A program made the position numbers and the translations under genes. Below are positions 23,543 through 37,164 of a stretch of 64,000 nucleotides of DNA, piece by piece. Position 1 is the first letter of the stretch; each line of letters begins with the position of its first letter. This stretch comes from Paecilomyces variotii (Eukaryota): NCBI GenBank assembly GCA_004022145.1, contig RCNU01000001.1, one strand, 5' to 3'. The notes beneath the pieces are model-generated. The model saw only the letters and a list, made by a program, of their open reading frames with translations. It ran no database searches and had not been told where the DNA came from.

Positions 23543-25120
23543 ATGTCGCCCCGCCAATTTTCGTTATCGCAGCTTGCGATTCCTGCCGTTTGTCTTCTCA
23601 TTGCATTTCTTGCATACCCATCTCAATATCTTCTTCTATATCTCGAACCAGGACCACTTTCACGGTCTCAGCTGGTGAAACTGAACGTCCTTGCTACTTC
23701 TATTTGGATATGCTATTATCGAGCATGCACTGTAGATCCTGGGCGTATCTCTAAAGATTGGAAACCCACCCCCAAAGAGGCTGACAAGAAGACTGAAGTC
23801 GATCCTGGCAAAGACTTCACCGGCAGACAGAGATGGTGCCGTAAATGCGAAGCCTTCAAGCCGCCAAGAGCGCATCATTGCGGGAAATGTCAAAGGTTCT
23901 AAAGCTGGAATGACAGACACTTGATTGGCCCCATTGATGCTGATTTGAATTTTATAGATGCATCCCAAAGATGGACCACCATTGTCCCTGGACGTCGAAC
24001 TGCGTTTCTCACTTTACATTCCCGCACTTCATACGTTTTTTGTTCTACGCTGTTGTCGGATTAGCGTACCTTGAATCCTTGCTCTATGCCAGAGTAGCCG
24101 CCGTCTGGCAAAGTAGGAATCTTCCAAGTGTAGGGAGTTCTCAGCATAAATCTCAGAAAATCTCCTGATGCTAACCGATAGTCTGTAGTATCTCGGTCCA
24201 AGTGTTACGCAGCTTTCTCTTCTTTTCATTCTCACGGTGGTCAACAGTCTTACGCTGTTTGCTTTGTCAATCCTTCTAATTCGCACTATTATCTCCCTCG
24301 GTGAGAACGTAACAACTATCGAATCATGGGAGATTGAGAGACACAAAACTCTAGTCAGACGAGCCCGTCATTTTGGCGGTGTCCTTGAAGGCCCAGACGG
24401 CATCATGATACCGATCAGGAGGCAAGAGTTTCCCTATGATATCGGCATCTGGAAGAATATCAAAGCTGGAATGGGTGGCAGTGCAAATGTCAGTTGTTTT
24501 GCTCCTCAGTCATTGCTATACATGTTAACGAGCGCAATAGATTCTAAGCTGGTTCTGGCCATTAGCAGCTACACCAAGCCGCGACACGGGTCTAGAATAT
24601 GAGACGAATGGATTCGAAGGTAAGTATAAGTTTCTCATCATGTACCTACGTAATATCCGTGTGTTCTGATGAGTATCGTATCTTCCTGCTTTTCCGATGC
24701 TGAACTGCTACAGATCCCAAGTTATCCTGGCCGCCGCCAGATCCTGATCGTATTCCGCGAATGATTAAGACAAATGACACAGAAGGTCCCTTTACTTTCC
24801 AGCAGCAATATAGCACTGCACGCGAAGAGGTGGAAGCTTTCAATCGCCGACGGTTGGAGGACATTCGGCGTCGGCAAGGCGGGGCGGAGCTACAGCGGCG
24901 CAAACGTTTCCATGAACGCTTTTCTCTCGACGACGACGACGAAGACAATCTGTCAGATGATGATTATGACGAAGATGATGAGTCCGAACACCAGATATCT
25001 GAAGGGGAAGAGGCATGGAAAAACTCGGAAGGGGAACGTCTGCGCGACTTTGGCGTTGACGAAGAAGCCGAGTTCTATGACGAAGATGATGTACCATTAG
25101 CAAAACTTATTCAGCGATAG
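23543..25120 (+). CDS. pfa4: DHHC palmitoyltransferase Pfa4
   Basis: RWCRKCEAFKPPRAHHCGKCQR|CIPKMDHHCPWTSNCVSHFTFPHF, TTIESWEIERH, EFPYDIGIWKNI and an acidic tail ending DEDDVPLA. Several GT-AG introns. Confidence 0.93.
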
Positions 25121-25538
25121 AGGATACAGTCATAGAAGGCACAAATTTAAGGGGGAAAAAAATCAATCTATTGACTGTATTTTTGATTACCTAAAAATCT
25201 ATAGAACTCTTACGGAATCCCACATCGTTAGCCATCTAATGAGCCATCTATCAAGCAAAGCATGATTTCAATCAATGCGGAATATCTCACAAAGAAGCGA
25301 TTGCTGATCACTGTTGCATCTCTCCCGCAAGCTTCCTCTATACGCTGATCGAATCAAGTCGCAGCTTCTATTTGCCATCTGAAATGTGCTTTAATGTTGC
25401 GTCATTACTGTTTTCGGGTGACGTGACTCGTGTGTCAACACAGGACCCTTTCATAAACATAGTATGATCCATCTATATTGGAACTGAAAAGAACAGAGAG
25501 AGAGAAAAGCATATTTGATTTCATTCAAGCTGTACTGA

Positions 25539-26612
25539 ATGTCATCCCGCACTGGCGTCCCGGGGGAGGAGCCGGGCATCCACAGAACGACAACGAATCT
25601 ACCGTTACGCGACACAATCTATTCTCAACCTCAAGAGGACGTCAGTTATAAGAATGCACCGCCAGAACATCCTAACCGGACCCTGAGACCCGGGGTCTAC
25701 GTCCCTACTTTCACATTTTTCAAAAAGACCACAGAAGAACTCGATGAAGAGGCAATTGCCAGGCATGCGGTGCGCATGGCCAAGGCCGGCATAGCGGGTA
25801 TAGTTACCCAGGGCACCAACGGTGAAGCCGTCCATCTCACCAGTATTGAGCGTTCTGTGGTTAATAGGACGACTCGTGATGCCCTTTCTAGAGCTGGCTA
25901 TGAGGATTTTCCCATAATTGTTGGCTGTGGAGTACAATCAACTCGTGAGACGATTGACCTCTGCCGCCAGGCTCATGATTCTGGTGGGGACTATGCCGTG
26001 ATTCTTCCTCCGTCATATTATAAAGCGAACTATAAGCCGGAATGTATCAAGGATTACTTCACGGAAGTTGCTGACGCTTCTCCTCTACCCATCCTTATCT
26101 ACAACTATCCCGCCGTCACTGGCGTCGACCTCGATTCTGATACCATCATCGAGCTGGCTAAGCATCCCAAGATCGTGGGTTGTAAACTCACGTGTGGAAA
26201 TACAGGGAAGCTTAATAGGATCGCGGCGGCCACCAGTGCGAGAACGCATGCAGATCAAGGTTCTGGATTCATGTGCTTGGGTGGCTCTGCGGATTTCACA
26301 ATCCAGAGTCTCGTGGGAGGTGGCTCGGGGGTCGTTGCTGGCCTGGCAAATTTCGCTCCTAAATCCTGCGTGAGGCTAGCAGAGCTTTACAACTCTGGCA
26401 GTTACCACGAGGCCAAGGGGCTTCAAGCACCTGTGGCTCGCGGAGATTGGGCGGCTATCAAGAGCGGTATTTCGGGGACTAAATGTGCACTTGAGCAGTT
26501 TTTCGGGTATGGGGGGTTCGCCCGTAAACCGCTGCCTCGTCCGACAAAGAAAGAGGCCATCGACCATCAAGACATGTTTCAGGAAATTGCTGATATGGAG
26601 AAGTTACTCTGA
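25539..26612 (+). CDS. Dihydrodipicolinate synthase/N-acetylneuraminate lyase family class I aldolase (related to GaaC/Lga1)
   Basis: Intronless 357-aa ORF with PGVYVPT, QGTNGEA, LPPSYY, ILIYNYP and Schiff-base lysine in IVGCKLTCG. Confidence 0.9.
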   Translation: MSSRTGVPGEEPGIHRTTTNLPLRDTIYSQPQEDVSYKNAPPEHPNRTLRPGVYVPTFTFFKKTTEELDEEAIARHAVRMAKAGIAGIVTQGTNGEAVHLTSIERSVVNRTTRDALSRAGYEDFPIIVGCGVQSTRETIDLCRQAHDSGGDYAVILPPSYYKANYKPECIKDYFTEVADASPLPILIYNYPAVTGVDLDSDTIIELAKHPKIVGCKLTCGNTGKLNRIAAATSARTHADQGSGFMCLGGSADFTIQSLVGGGSGVVAGLANFAPKSCVRLAELYNSGSYHEAKGLQAPVARGDWAAIKSGISGTKCALEQFFGYGGFARKPLPRPTKKEAIDHQDMFQEIADMEKLL

Positions 26613-27917
26613 TCAAGTATTTAGCCTTTTTTTGCTGTGTATGTCTGTCAATTATCAGAGGGCTTTCTGCGGACAAGATGATGATAATGGTCCGTTCCGT
26701 GTGACTATACTTGGTAGAATTGAGATGTTTATATATGTGATCGGAGTGAACTATTACCCAAATTCAGTATCAAATGAAAGTCTCTGTGTCAAGGCTTTGT
26801 GGATGGATGGTGTTTGAATAAAGAACCTTTGTCTGCATGGAAACGAGCAATTCGCAACATGGATGGGTTGCTATTCGATTCCTCGTTTGCTTGGCTGGCC
26901 CAACTATGGCTGGTGCGGGGCTGATTGTACATAGCAGGTTCTGTTCAGTTCGTATGTATTCGTACGTCAAAGAGGTATATATCTACAGCATGCTCCTCCC
27001 CATGGAGAATGTAGGCGTGGAATTGGCAATAATGGGTGTGCTATCGGTGTTTAGCCTATTGTCTTACTGCTTTTGCAGTGCAGCAAGGTATAACATAGCT
27101 CAATGAGAGGGATGACGAGTCAAGAAAAAGAAAACGGCATTCATGGAATCCTTACGTCCGAGGGGAGACTAGATAGTGGTTAGTATCTCACTGAGGGCCA
27201 ACGGAAGAGACGGACGGCAACCTGATGGAACATTCAAGGGTCCCATACAGCTCGTATATTAATATTGAGTGGTACACGAGTAGAAATTATTATTACAGGA
27301 TAAACTGATGTTCATTTGGCGGAGAATTAAATGAGCGAGAAGTCCAGAGTAAAATCATACCTTTGCGGATAGCGCCATTCTTTGGCCATAGTCCCGGCCT
27401 TATCGAACTCTCTTTTCGTTTGGCAGGCATTCCAAGCCGACGCGCACCTAAACACGCACAAAAGAATGTCAGCTAGCCCATGATTTAGGGTGATCGCGAA
27501 AATCGTTTGTTCCTTCTTCTCGTTCTGTTCAGCTCCATCAGTGCGGTCGAGTCGTATATAGGAGCATCAGGGCCCTCAACTGCAGATTGGGAAACGTTGA
27601 AAGAGTGACGTGCCAGACCAACTGCTATTATTGTTAAGTGCTGAAGATCATCGACCCGCGCCACTTTCGGTCCCCCCGGAGCGACATCCGAAGGCGTTTT
27701 GAACTTGGAACGAGGCGCCCGCATCTCGCGGTCCTTATTATTTTCTCCTCCATCCCCTGCATCGCTCTTTCGGTGATTCCATCTCTTCTACTGTCCGGTA
27801 GCTGTCACTCCGCTCTCCGCTTGTCAAATTGGCTGGATCTCTGCTCTCGACGGGAACTGCTCTGACGTTGAACATCGCGGAGAATTCGCGCTACTGGCGC
27901 GCCGCATCGCCGCGACC

Positions 27918-29753
27918 ATGGCACTCTCCAAATCACACAGGATTATCATCTTGTTGGTGATTGATACTGCTTTCTTCTTGTTGGAATTGATCGTTGGTAG
28001 GTGGTGCTGGAACATCTGCGCTAATCGACTTGTCAGGCTAACCAGGGGGTAAAATTATAGGTTATGCCGTCCATTCGCTTGCACTCGTCGCAGATTCGTT
28101 CCATATGGTATACGATCCTCGCAGGCCACTAGAAGGTCATTAGAGGGATATTTTTCTAACGATCTATAGTTAAATGATGTCTTGTCGCTATGTGTCGGAT
28201 TATGGGCCGTTAAGGTCGCTAACCAAGAGACTACCTCAAAGATGTACACCTATGGCGTGAGTCTGCAATTTCTCCCTTTTTGGTGACTTATCGAGCATCG
28301 CGCTAATAGGCATTCACGCATATAGTGGCAGCGTGCGGAAACCCTGGGTGCGTTGGTAAACGGTGTCTTCTTGGTCGCTCTCTGTATGTCGATCTTCCTC
28401 GAGGCTATACAACGGTTGGTGGAACCGCAAGAAGTGAAGAATCCAAAGCTCGTCTGCATTGTCGGATGTTTTGGTCTGGCGTCGAATATTCTTGGTTTGG
28501 TTCTCTTCCATGATCACTCCCATGGGCACGGAGGCCACGATCATGGCCATGATCACGGTGACGAAGATGCGGCGGAACAGGGTTTCGTGGCTCATGGCGA
28601 CCACGAGCCATCGCATGCCCGTGACCAGAGTGGAACTGCGTCAGGTATGCCAGAGAATGCTGCAGGGGCGTCGTCGGGCGGTCCCGATCATCGTACTCGC
28701 GGGTTTACAAAGAGTGATGAGACGGACGACACTGCAACAGATGCCATGTCACCATACAGCCGGAAGCGCCGTGGACTCGAGAGCAGCTCTCGGAATTCTC
28801 GTCGATTTAGCGCATCGTCTCGGGGTTGGGCAGGTGTCGATAGTATCCACATCCACCCCGCTACATTACGCCAGGATATTATCAAGGCCAGTCGCTTCGA
28901 AGACGAGGTCACTTCCGACTCTGATCTGGAGAACCCCGAGGCAGCTGACGGACAAGCGCCCAACGAGCGCTCCGGCCTTCTCAGACATAAGGATCGTGCA
29001 AGCAATTACACGGATGAAGATGCTACTCCTACCCGAGCCCCCGGTCGCGCAACTACCGACGATGATATCCATAAATCGCACAACCATGCCCAGCCCAAGA
29101 AGGACGAAAAGGGCAAGGGAGGCCATAAACATGACCTCAACATGAGAGGCGTTTTCCTACACGTCATGGGAGATGCATTGGGCAACATTGGAGTCATCGT
29201 ATCTGCCCTGATCATCTGGCTCACGGATTACTCGTGGAGATTCTACGTTGACCCCGGTATTTCCCTTGTGATTACCGTCATTATTCTGGCATCTGCGATC
29301 CCTCTCTGCAAAGCAGCATCCAGGATCTTGCTTCAAGCGGTACCTCAAGGTATGAGCATCGATCATATCAAGGAGGACATTGAGCGACTTCCTGGTGTCA
29401 TCAGCTGTCACCACCTCCACGTGTGGCAGCTGAGCGACACCAAACTCGTCGCTTCTCTGCATATTCAGGTCGACTGCGAGATAAAGGGCGAAGGTTCAGA
29501 GAGATATATGCGCCTCGCCCGGCAGGTGCGGAAGTGCTTGCATGCGTATGGCATTCACTCATCGACAATCCAGCCCGAGTTCACTCCGGAGAGCGACGAG
29601 GAAGATAATCATGTCGCTACTTCAGGACAGCCAGGTAACGGTGACGAGTCTCGCTCCTCCAGCAGGGCCCCGAGCACCCGCGGAAGCGATGCAGGATGTC
29701 TCCTCGAATGTGGGGATGAATGCGCACGAGGCGGCCAGTGCTGCCCCAAATAA
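27918..29753 (+). CDS. Cation diffusion facilitator zinc transporter, Zrc1/Cot1-like (4 exons)
   Basis: MALSKSHRIIILLVIDTAFFLLELIV|GYAVHSLALVADSFHM|LNDVLSL...TYG|WQRAETLGALVNG, His-rich loop, LNMRGVFLHVMGDALGN and HSSTIQPE. Confidence 0.95.
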
Positions 29754-30931
29754 TAAAAGCCGGTGACCTCTGATAATTCACCTTCAACGTTGGTTCCGGA
29801 CTACAGACACGGACGTCTAGCTGGTACCATCGTCGATTTCTTCGACTTATGCCTCTGATTTTCAGCCATGGAATAACTGGCGCTTTTTTCTTGATACTCC
29901 ATGCTGGAGTGGCCAGTCGAAGCTGGAGTCGACTGAAAGTCATACTATTCGTCTGATCGGTTGACGGGCCTCAACTGTAGTGTTTATACGTGCCGTTCAG
30001 CGTATATATGTTCTCCTTTTTTTTCCCAAAAGAGCATACACCTATTATAATCGTTATTGTCGTTACTATGCAGGACTATGGGCGTCACCAGTCGACGCGG
30101 GGTTTGGACTGTTGGGATCATTGATTGTTTCGTCTTATCACGTTTGTATCACTAGTGCATTCCAGCCGCTTCCGGTACCTAAATAATTCCAATGAAGGGC
30201 TTCAGCTCCAGGAGAAGCGAAAGAATATCGATCACTCGTTATCGTAATGCTCGGGACGAAGGAGTTTGAAGGAGTATGGTAGAGTAGAGTAGACTAAACA
30301 ATTTTCCCCGGCCGTTGGGTTGCGTGGAAGTGGGTCCCCATACTCCACCATCGACGCGGCATTATTGTATCGGTCTCACAGCATTCTCCGTTGCTTGCTG
30401 CATTGTGTTGCAGTACATTATCGTATTTCCTCATGACGGGTGCAATTGACTTCGTGATCGTGAGGCATCTACTCTTGATAAGTATAAAAGGATATTAGTA
30501 CCTCCAACTATCTCCAATAAACTCCTCTTCCTCGAGTTAGCTTTGGCAACGACATAAATAGATCGCGGCTCCGCTGATCACGGTCACGTGACAGCCCCAT
30601 TCTGGATCGGTCCCTGAATCCAGCAGCTCGTTACGGAGTAGTTGTTCAGTTATGCCCATCCAGCTCTCTTCTCCCTGTCTCATGCCCCTCCGTGGCCCCA
30701 TGCATTGTCCAGGATATCTGTGATATCTGGTGCAGATGTCTATAATCCGATACATATCGTGATTCTTGTTCTATAGTTATACCTGCTCGAAAAGCTGCCT
30801 GCACTCGAGAGCATGCGGCCTCGCTCTTTCTAACCACATCCACGCCCGCGCTCCGGAGAATGAGCTAAATTTCCAAGGCGCGGAGTTGAAACACCACACC
30901 CTCGTTCAGCGGCTTCCTGTCCTCAGCGATC

Positions 30932-33033
30932 ATGAGTTACGCATATATGCATGGGGCCGGCGGCTTGTCGTACAATCGCGAGCCAACCCTCAAAGACGAT
31001 TTTCCAATACTGGCGACATTGGATCGCGTGCGCGATCCCCAGTTATGGATCGGGCTGCGGAATCGTGCTCTTTCATACGTCTATAGAGTTGACGGCGATG
31101 TACGAAGACGCGGGGGGTATACGCATGAAGCATGGAGGATCGCGAAGCAAGCGATTAATCTAAGGAATGGACTAATACTTCTATGGGCGTTCACGCTGTT
31201 ATGGGGAGAGCGGACGATATTTCGGGAAAGTTTGGAGAGTTGCGCCTGGGGAGGATGGGAGAAATGGGTGAGTGGGTTCTCTGTCGATTATTATGGCGCT
31301 GTGTATTTGGGTGGGAAGAAGCTGATTTTAAGGGATGGGGTCTCTAGCCTCAAGACGCCACGCCGCATCATGTCGCTTTCATCGCCGATCCCCAGCTGGT
31401 AGATCCCCATACCTATCCTGGTCGACCGTGGCCACTGTCGACGTTGACGGTGAAATATACCGATCAGTATTTGAGACGAGTATATTGGGCAATGCAGAAG
31501 ACGCTCCTTCCAGACTCTGTGGTTTTCTTGGGGGATCTCTTCGACGGCGGTAGAGAGTGGGCGACGAGGACTAGCTCCAGTCCGGATGAGAGATACAAGG
31601 GCTATGGGGATAAATTTTGGTTGAAGGAGTACGATCGTTTCGGGAGGATTTTCTTTGATCATTTCAATGACGGTGGCTCTCGTACTGTAGCGAACCCCTG
31701 GGGTCGCAAATTGATTGCCAGCATGCCAGGAAATCATGACTTGGGGTTCGGGACAGGTATCCAAGACCCCGTCCGGAAACGGTTTCAGGCATACTTTGGT
31801 GAGGGGAACCGTGTTGACGTGATTGGAAACCATAGCTTTGTTTCTGTCAACACAGTCTCTCTAAGTGCTATGGATCAGCCGGATCCAGAGACCGGCAGTT
31901 CGGGTGCAGGGGCTGGCGATGGTGTCAGTCCCAATTCCTTTATCTGGAGAGATACACAAGATTTCTTGGATAATGTTCAGGAGTACAAAGCCCGCAGAGA
32001 GGCTGATGAGTTGCGTTCGTGGAAGAATCAGCTAGAGGGCGTCCTTTTCACACCAGGAGTACACGATGTCCTCGAGCCTACTGTACACGAGAAGGATCCG
32101 GTCGAAGCACCCGGATTCCCGACTATCCTTTTGACCCACGTTCCTTTATATCGAAGACCAGCTACTCCGTGTGGACCGCTGCGGGAAAGATATCCTCCAG
32201 TCTCGACGGATCCACTTCCCCAGGAAGATGAGGGAAACTCCATCAAGGTCGCAGGAGGCTACCAGTATCAGAACGTCCTCACAGAAACTATCTCGAAAGA
32301 TCTTATCTCCAAGGTTGGTCCTGGAATTGCACATATCTACTCTGGTGATGACCACGACTACTGTGAAATTGCCCACCGCGAGTTCAGCGGCTCCCCGAAG
32401 GAGATCACCGTGAAGAGTCTCTCGTGGGCAATGGGTGTCCGTCGACCGGGATTCCTGATGACGAGCCTCTGGAATCCGGTTGATCCTGACACTGGAAAAC
32501 CGCCTGGCACGGGGTCGTCACAGACAGTGCAGAACCATCTGTGCCTTTTGCCTGATCAACTAGGCATCTTCATCCGCTATGGATGTCTGTTGGCTTTTAC
32601 TCTCATCGTTCTCATTGCGCGTTCTGTTACGGTTTCTTTCTATGCGCCTGCTGCCTCCACTGGACTGGAGCCGAGCCTCCCACTGTCCGAACCTCGACGG
32701 TATGAACAAGCGCCTTCCAAGTACCCATACTCGAGCACTTCCAGCTCTGCCACTTCTTCCCCCGGCTATACTGACGCCCGCCTCTCCAGCCGTGGTAGCG
32801 TGAGCCTCATCCAATATGCCAAGAACGCGCACGATGACGACATCAGCAGCAGCAACGAGCGCTACCGGGCATGGACAGAGAACGGTGATGATGTGCGATG
32901 GAAGAGCAAAGCCTCTACCTTCGCTCGTCAACAGCAGCAGCCGCGGACGATCATTGGGGAATTCATTGCATCTGTTAAATATGTTGCGCGCGTTGTTCTG
33001 GCGTTTTATTTTTATCTGATCTGGACATGGTAA
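30932..33033 (+). CDS. cdc1: Mn-dependent metallophosphoesterase Cdc1/MPPE1 family (GPI remodelling), 2 exons
   Basis: Intron ~31268-31347. Motifs FIADPQLVD, FLGDLFDGG, MPGNHD, LLTHVPL, YQYQN and SGDDHDYC, with terminal TM helices. Confidence 0.9.
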
Positions 33034-33803
33034 AATTGCTATTGTTGCAGGGTTTCATCTGTGGTTGCTCTTGCCTCGTTAGCCATAACGCAGTCTCTCT
33101 TTGCATAGTGGTTTGCTGTACATTATTATATCACAGGATGCATGGGAGAAACAGAGCTCAGGGTATTGCATTTGGTTAGCATATTGCTGAGAGAAGCAGG
33201 TGTTCTACATGCTGATGTATTCTAGTAGTGTCTCCCTGGAGGAGATACAATCGATCACCTAACATGGCTATCTATAACCGGACTCCCGCGTTAGAACGCG
33301 ACTATGATTCCAGAAATCCTTTCATTGTATGGTCTACCTCTCATTTGTTGATTACAGGCTATAGCAAATCCTCCACCATCATATCTATTCCACTCCTCGT
33401 CCCCACGTGACGTTTGCAGAAAGATAGGGAAGTCAGTGTATACTATATAGTGCATAGATATGGCTTCAACGGAGTGAAACAGCTTTGGAGCCGGATATAG
33501 TAGGCCAGAATATATTAGCACCGACTCCTTCCTGACTATCTGCTCAAGAATTAACAAAGTCTAGTTGGTTGTAAACGTTATTTCCAAAAAGAAAACTTCT
33601 ACTTCTAACATTGTATCTACTCCTCAGAGGGCACAGACCTTCCCAGATGTCTTTCATGTCCCAATATTTCAGTCCAATCCTAGATCCATAATATGTAAGT
33701 GCACATGCACTCCCATAATGTGCACTGAGCTGTGGCTGCTGTCATTACGTAGCACCCGTTCTTCACAGAGAATCACAGCTCACACACGATTCCATAAGTA
33801 CCC

Positions 33804-34409
33804 TTATCTGAGATCCTTCTCGAACTCAACAAAACACATATCATCCGGCAACTCCAGATCCTTGAATCTTTCGCGCGGAAACGGCGACGTTTCACCTGTC
33901 TTCCGGTATCCACGCCGCATGTACCACTCGATAAGTGCTTTACGCGTGGAAAGAGTATTGAGAGAAAATTTCTCCACGCCCCAAGTCCGATGGCAATAGT
34001 CTTCAGCGTAAGCGAGGACCTGGCGCCCAACACCACCGCGTTGGTACCGTTCGTTTACCGCAAACATGGAGAGACGACCGACATCTGTTCCGCGTTTGGA
34101 AACCGAGATGGAGGCCACGATGTCCTTGTCGTTATTATTACCGGAATTTCCATTCTCATTCAAAGGAGTAAAAGCAATTAGGATGACCATGTCCGGATCG
34201 GTAATGTTGGTCATGATTTCATCCACTTCAATGCGAAAGTTCGACGCCAGCTCCAGATGTCCCGTCCAATCTGGTCTGGTGTCATGGGCGCAAAATGCAG
34301 ATTGCACCAGCTGCTGAAGCTGCGGGGCGTCGTCTGGTGTCGCGATGCGGAACTGGAGGTTGCTGTAATTATCTGTCATCTTTGAAGGTGATGGTATTAT
34401 AGAGGTCAT
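33804..34409 (-). CDS. GNAT family N-acetyltransferase
   Basis: Intronless ORF with FAVNERYQRGGVGRQVL (acetyl-CoA motif A) and LIEWYMRRGY. The start may instead be the second Met at 34379. Confidence 0.9.
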   Translation of the reverse strand: MTSIIPSPSKMTDNYSNLQFRIATPDDAPQLQQLVQSAFCAHDTRPDWTGHLELASNFRIEVDEIMTNITDPDMVILIAFTPLNENGNSGNNNDKDIVASISVSKRGTDVGRLSMFAVNERYQRGGVGRQVLAYAEDYCHRTWGVEKFSLNTLSTRKALIEWYMRRGYRKTGETSPFPRERFKDLELPDDMCFVEFEKDLR

Positions 34410-35292
34410 AGATTAATTGTCCAGTGCCGCGGAAGTATAAGTAGGGAATTTATATCCTGGTTGGTGGTGCTTACATTTATGTATGTACCGGATTTGCCAG
34501 ATTGGTGGGTGGGATAATGCACGCCCTTTGACATGTTATGGCTTACCGGCTGTGCTGCAGCGGTTCCTCCGAGATGGAGATAGGCCAAGAAGATATTTCT
34601 CACGTGGGATACTTCTTGAGAGAGTCGCAGAAGGAATTTTTCTTGCAGGCTCTATCATTGGAGATGAATGGGACATTCGAATGGCGGCGTTTTGAGCTGA
34701 GGGAGATTTCAACCGGTGTGTCTACGCTCATTACTAGACTCCTGAAAGGGAAGTGGCCGAAGACTATGGAGAATGGGGTGGCCCGTCCATGTCCAGGCTG
34801 CTACCTGCATGGGTCAGATTCATATGTCATCTGGTTTTATTTATTGATCTGATCGTTTGAAATCAGCAGGGCTCAGGTATTTGCAGGACTGAAAAATATA
34901 CGTCTGGGCCTGTTAGAATGCGATTAGTGCGGATGAGAAATCCAACTAGCTTTGGAGGCATGGCAGAGCTGATGCTGTCTGAATAGACTCTGCGTGTATA
35001 GCCAGTGATCTAGTTATTGCATCTGATGTTATAATACGCTACAATAAATTTGTCATGTTGAAAGAGTTCATGTTGTAAGCTCATTTTTTCGAAAGTATAG
35101 AGTTGATACGAAATACTCCATGACCATAATATAATATAACCTTTCCCGCTTAAAATAACTATAGAGAATACGACCAATAACCCCACCGGTGTATGCAAGC
35201 TAAATTCTATACCATGCTTGAGCATCAAAATTCCTCTCCATTGTTGCTAGTTATCTCATTTCCCCATCTTATTATTAATAGTCCCTTCATCA

Positions 35293-36516
35293 TCAACACC
35301 GAGCGACAGATTGCTTTCGCTCCCTCCTTCCAATAACAGGCGACCAATCCTGCTTCCTCATCCATTCCTCTAAACTCGTCGTCGGACAATCTATACCAGC
35401 CTTTTCAATAACAAAAATTCACATCAGCCACAAACTCGAAATACTTCAGCAAGAAAAGAAAGACAAAAAAAATAAATAAATAAAACGAACCTCTCTAATC
35501 TCATCCACCCCCAACAATGATCCATCTCCACCATCATACCCGGGATCAGAAGAATAAAGAAACATATCTGCCAATTCCCTCGCGTATTCCTTATCAGGCA
35601 GCTCGTCAATCATAGCTTCCGGACTGACTTGCCTATAGCTCGAGGGGACGCGGGTGATTTTACTCCAGAGGCGCATGTATTCGGTCCAGCTGCACGTTGA
35701 ACCTGCGGCTATGTAGCTTCTTCCCGGTGGGAGTTGGGAGATGGCGTAGACGAAGTTGCCCGTATCGGCGTTCACGTCGAGGTGAGGGATGGGGGCATCT
35801 GGAGATGTGGGGAAGCGCATTTGGATGGTTCCATCGGGGAGCTGGTATGATGTGAAGTTAGCTGTGAAGGGGGTATAGTAAATAAAAAAGCAAGGAAAGA
35901 AAAGCCAAAAAAGATATATACCAACCTTTCCAAACCACAACTCCGTGACCAACTTCCAACTCGACATGAAAAATCCCGTCTGCACACACGACATCTTCCT
36001 CGCCAACCTCGGATACTTATCTCTGACATACCGCGGAAACACATCCGCCTTTGCATCGAAATGATACAACTCGTTCAACTTCCCACCACTACATTTCTTC
36101 GCATGACTCAACGTCGAGGCAATAAACCCATTGTCATCCAAACTGTCTACCGTCCGCGCGGCCGCATCTGCAATGTTCTTCCCCTGGCGTAACTCGACGT
36201 TATATGCGTATCGCCGACATGAGATCCCCGCACTGGCTGCCCGCCGTCTGCTGTCCGGGCGGAAGAACGGCTCCCAGTAATTCGTGACGCTGAAGATGAG
36301 ATTCGCTCCGGAAAAGGCACGGATGAGACTCTCGCGGTCGTCCAGGTCGGCGTGGACGATCTCGACGCCTCGAGTGGAGAGGGCTTTCGCGGTGGGCGAG
36401 GCGGGGTTACGGGTTAGGCCGCGGATGCGATAGTTGGGGTCTTGAAGGAAGCGAGCAGCAACGGAACCGCCTTGGTTGCCAGTTACGCCGATGATGACGA
36501 GGAGTTTTTTGGGCAT
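35293..36516 (-). CDS. NmrA/HSCARG-like NAD(P)-binding protein (3 exons)
   Basis: VIIGVTGNQGGSVA, IRGLTRNP and HFDAKA motifs. Introns ~35845-35922 and ~35401-35490. Last exon AGIDCPTTSLEEWMRKQDWS ends at TGA 35293. Confidence 0.88.
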
Positions 36517-37164
36517 TTTCTGTCTCGAGTCGGTCTAAGTAGAAATTTTATAGGAAATCGTTGTTTTGTGGGGGGTTTTGGGTCTTCATTGTTTTTTTGT
36601 TCGGGGGGTTTAAAAATGGGTTTTGAGCTTTGCTTTGTTGCACGAACAGATGGCGCGGTCTGAAAAAAAAAAGAAAAAAAGAAAAGTAATTAAACGGAGG
36701 GGGATCTACAAACTGCATAGTTTAACTGGTCTCTGAACTAACGAATTAGTAGGAATTTCCTTTTTGAGAATGCTCGACGGTCACCCGTCAATCATAATTA
36801 CTTCCTGTTCTGGTAAAAGGTGGTGTTCGTGGTTTGTTTGTGGAACCCGAAGTGTATGCAACGGGATAGGTTCGGAGATTTAGCCAGCCACGGTATAATC
36901 TAAAAAGAAACGGGGTTGTTTGTTTCATTCTTTCTGATATGGGGTTTTATGAGTGGAATAAGACTCCAACGTAATTGATTTGTGCGGTCTACAAGTGATC
37001 TAGCATTGTTGAATCGACTCGATTTTCACTGTGATACATATTCTCATTAATGCAGCCATACAATCTAATGACAAGGAGTCATGCCATGCCATAATACAAA
37101 TCATATCCAAAAGTACACAGCTATGCCAAACATGTCTATATACAAATGCGCAGATAACGGGGTA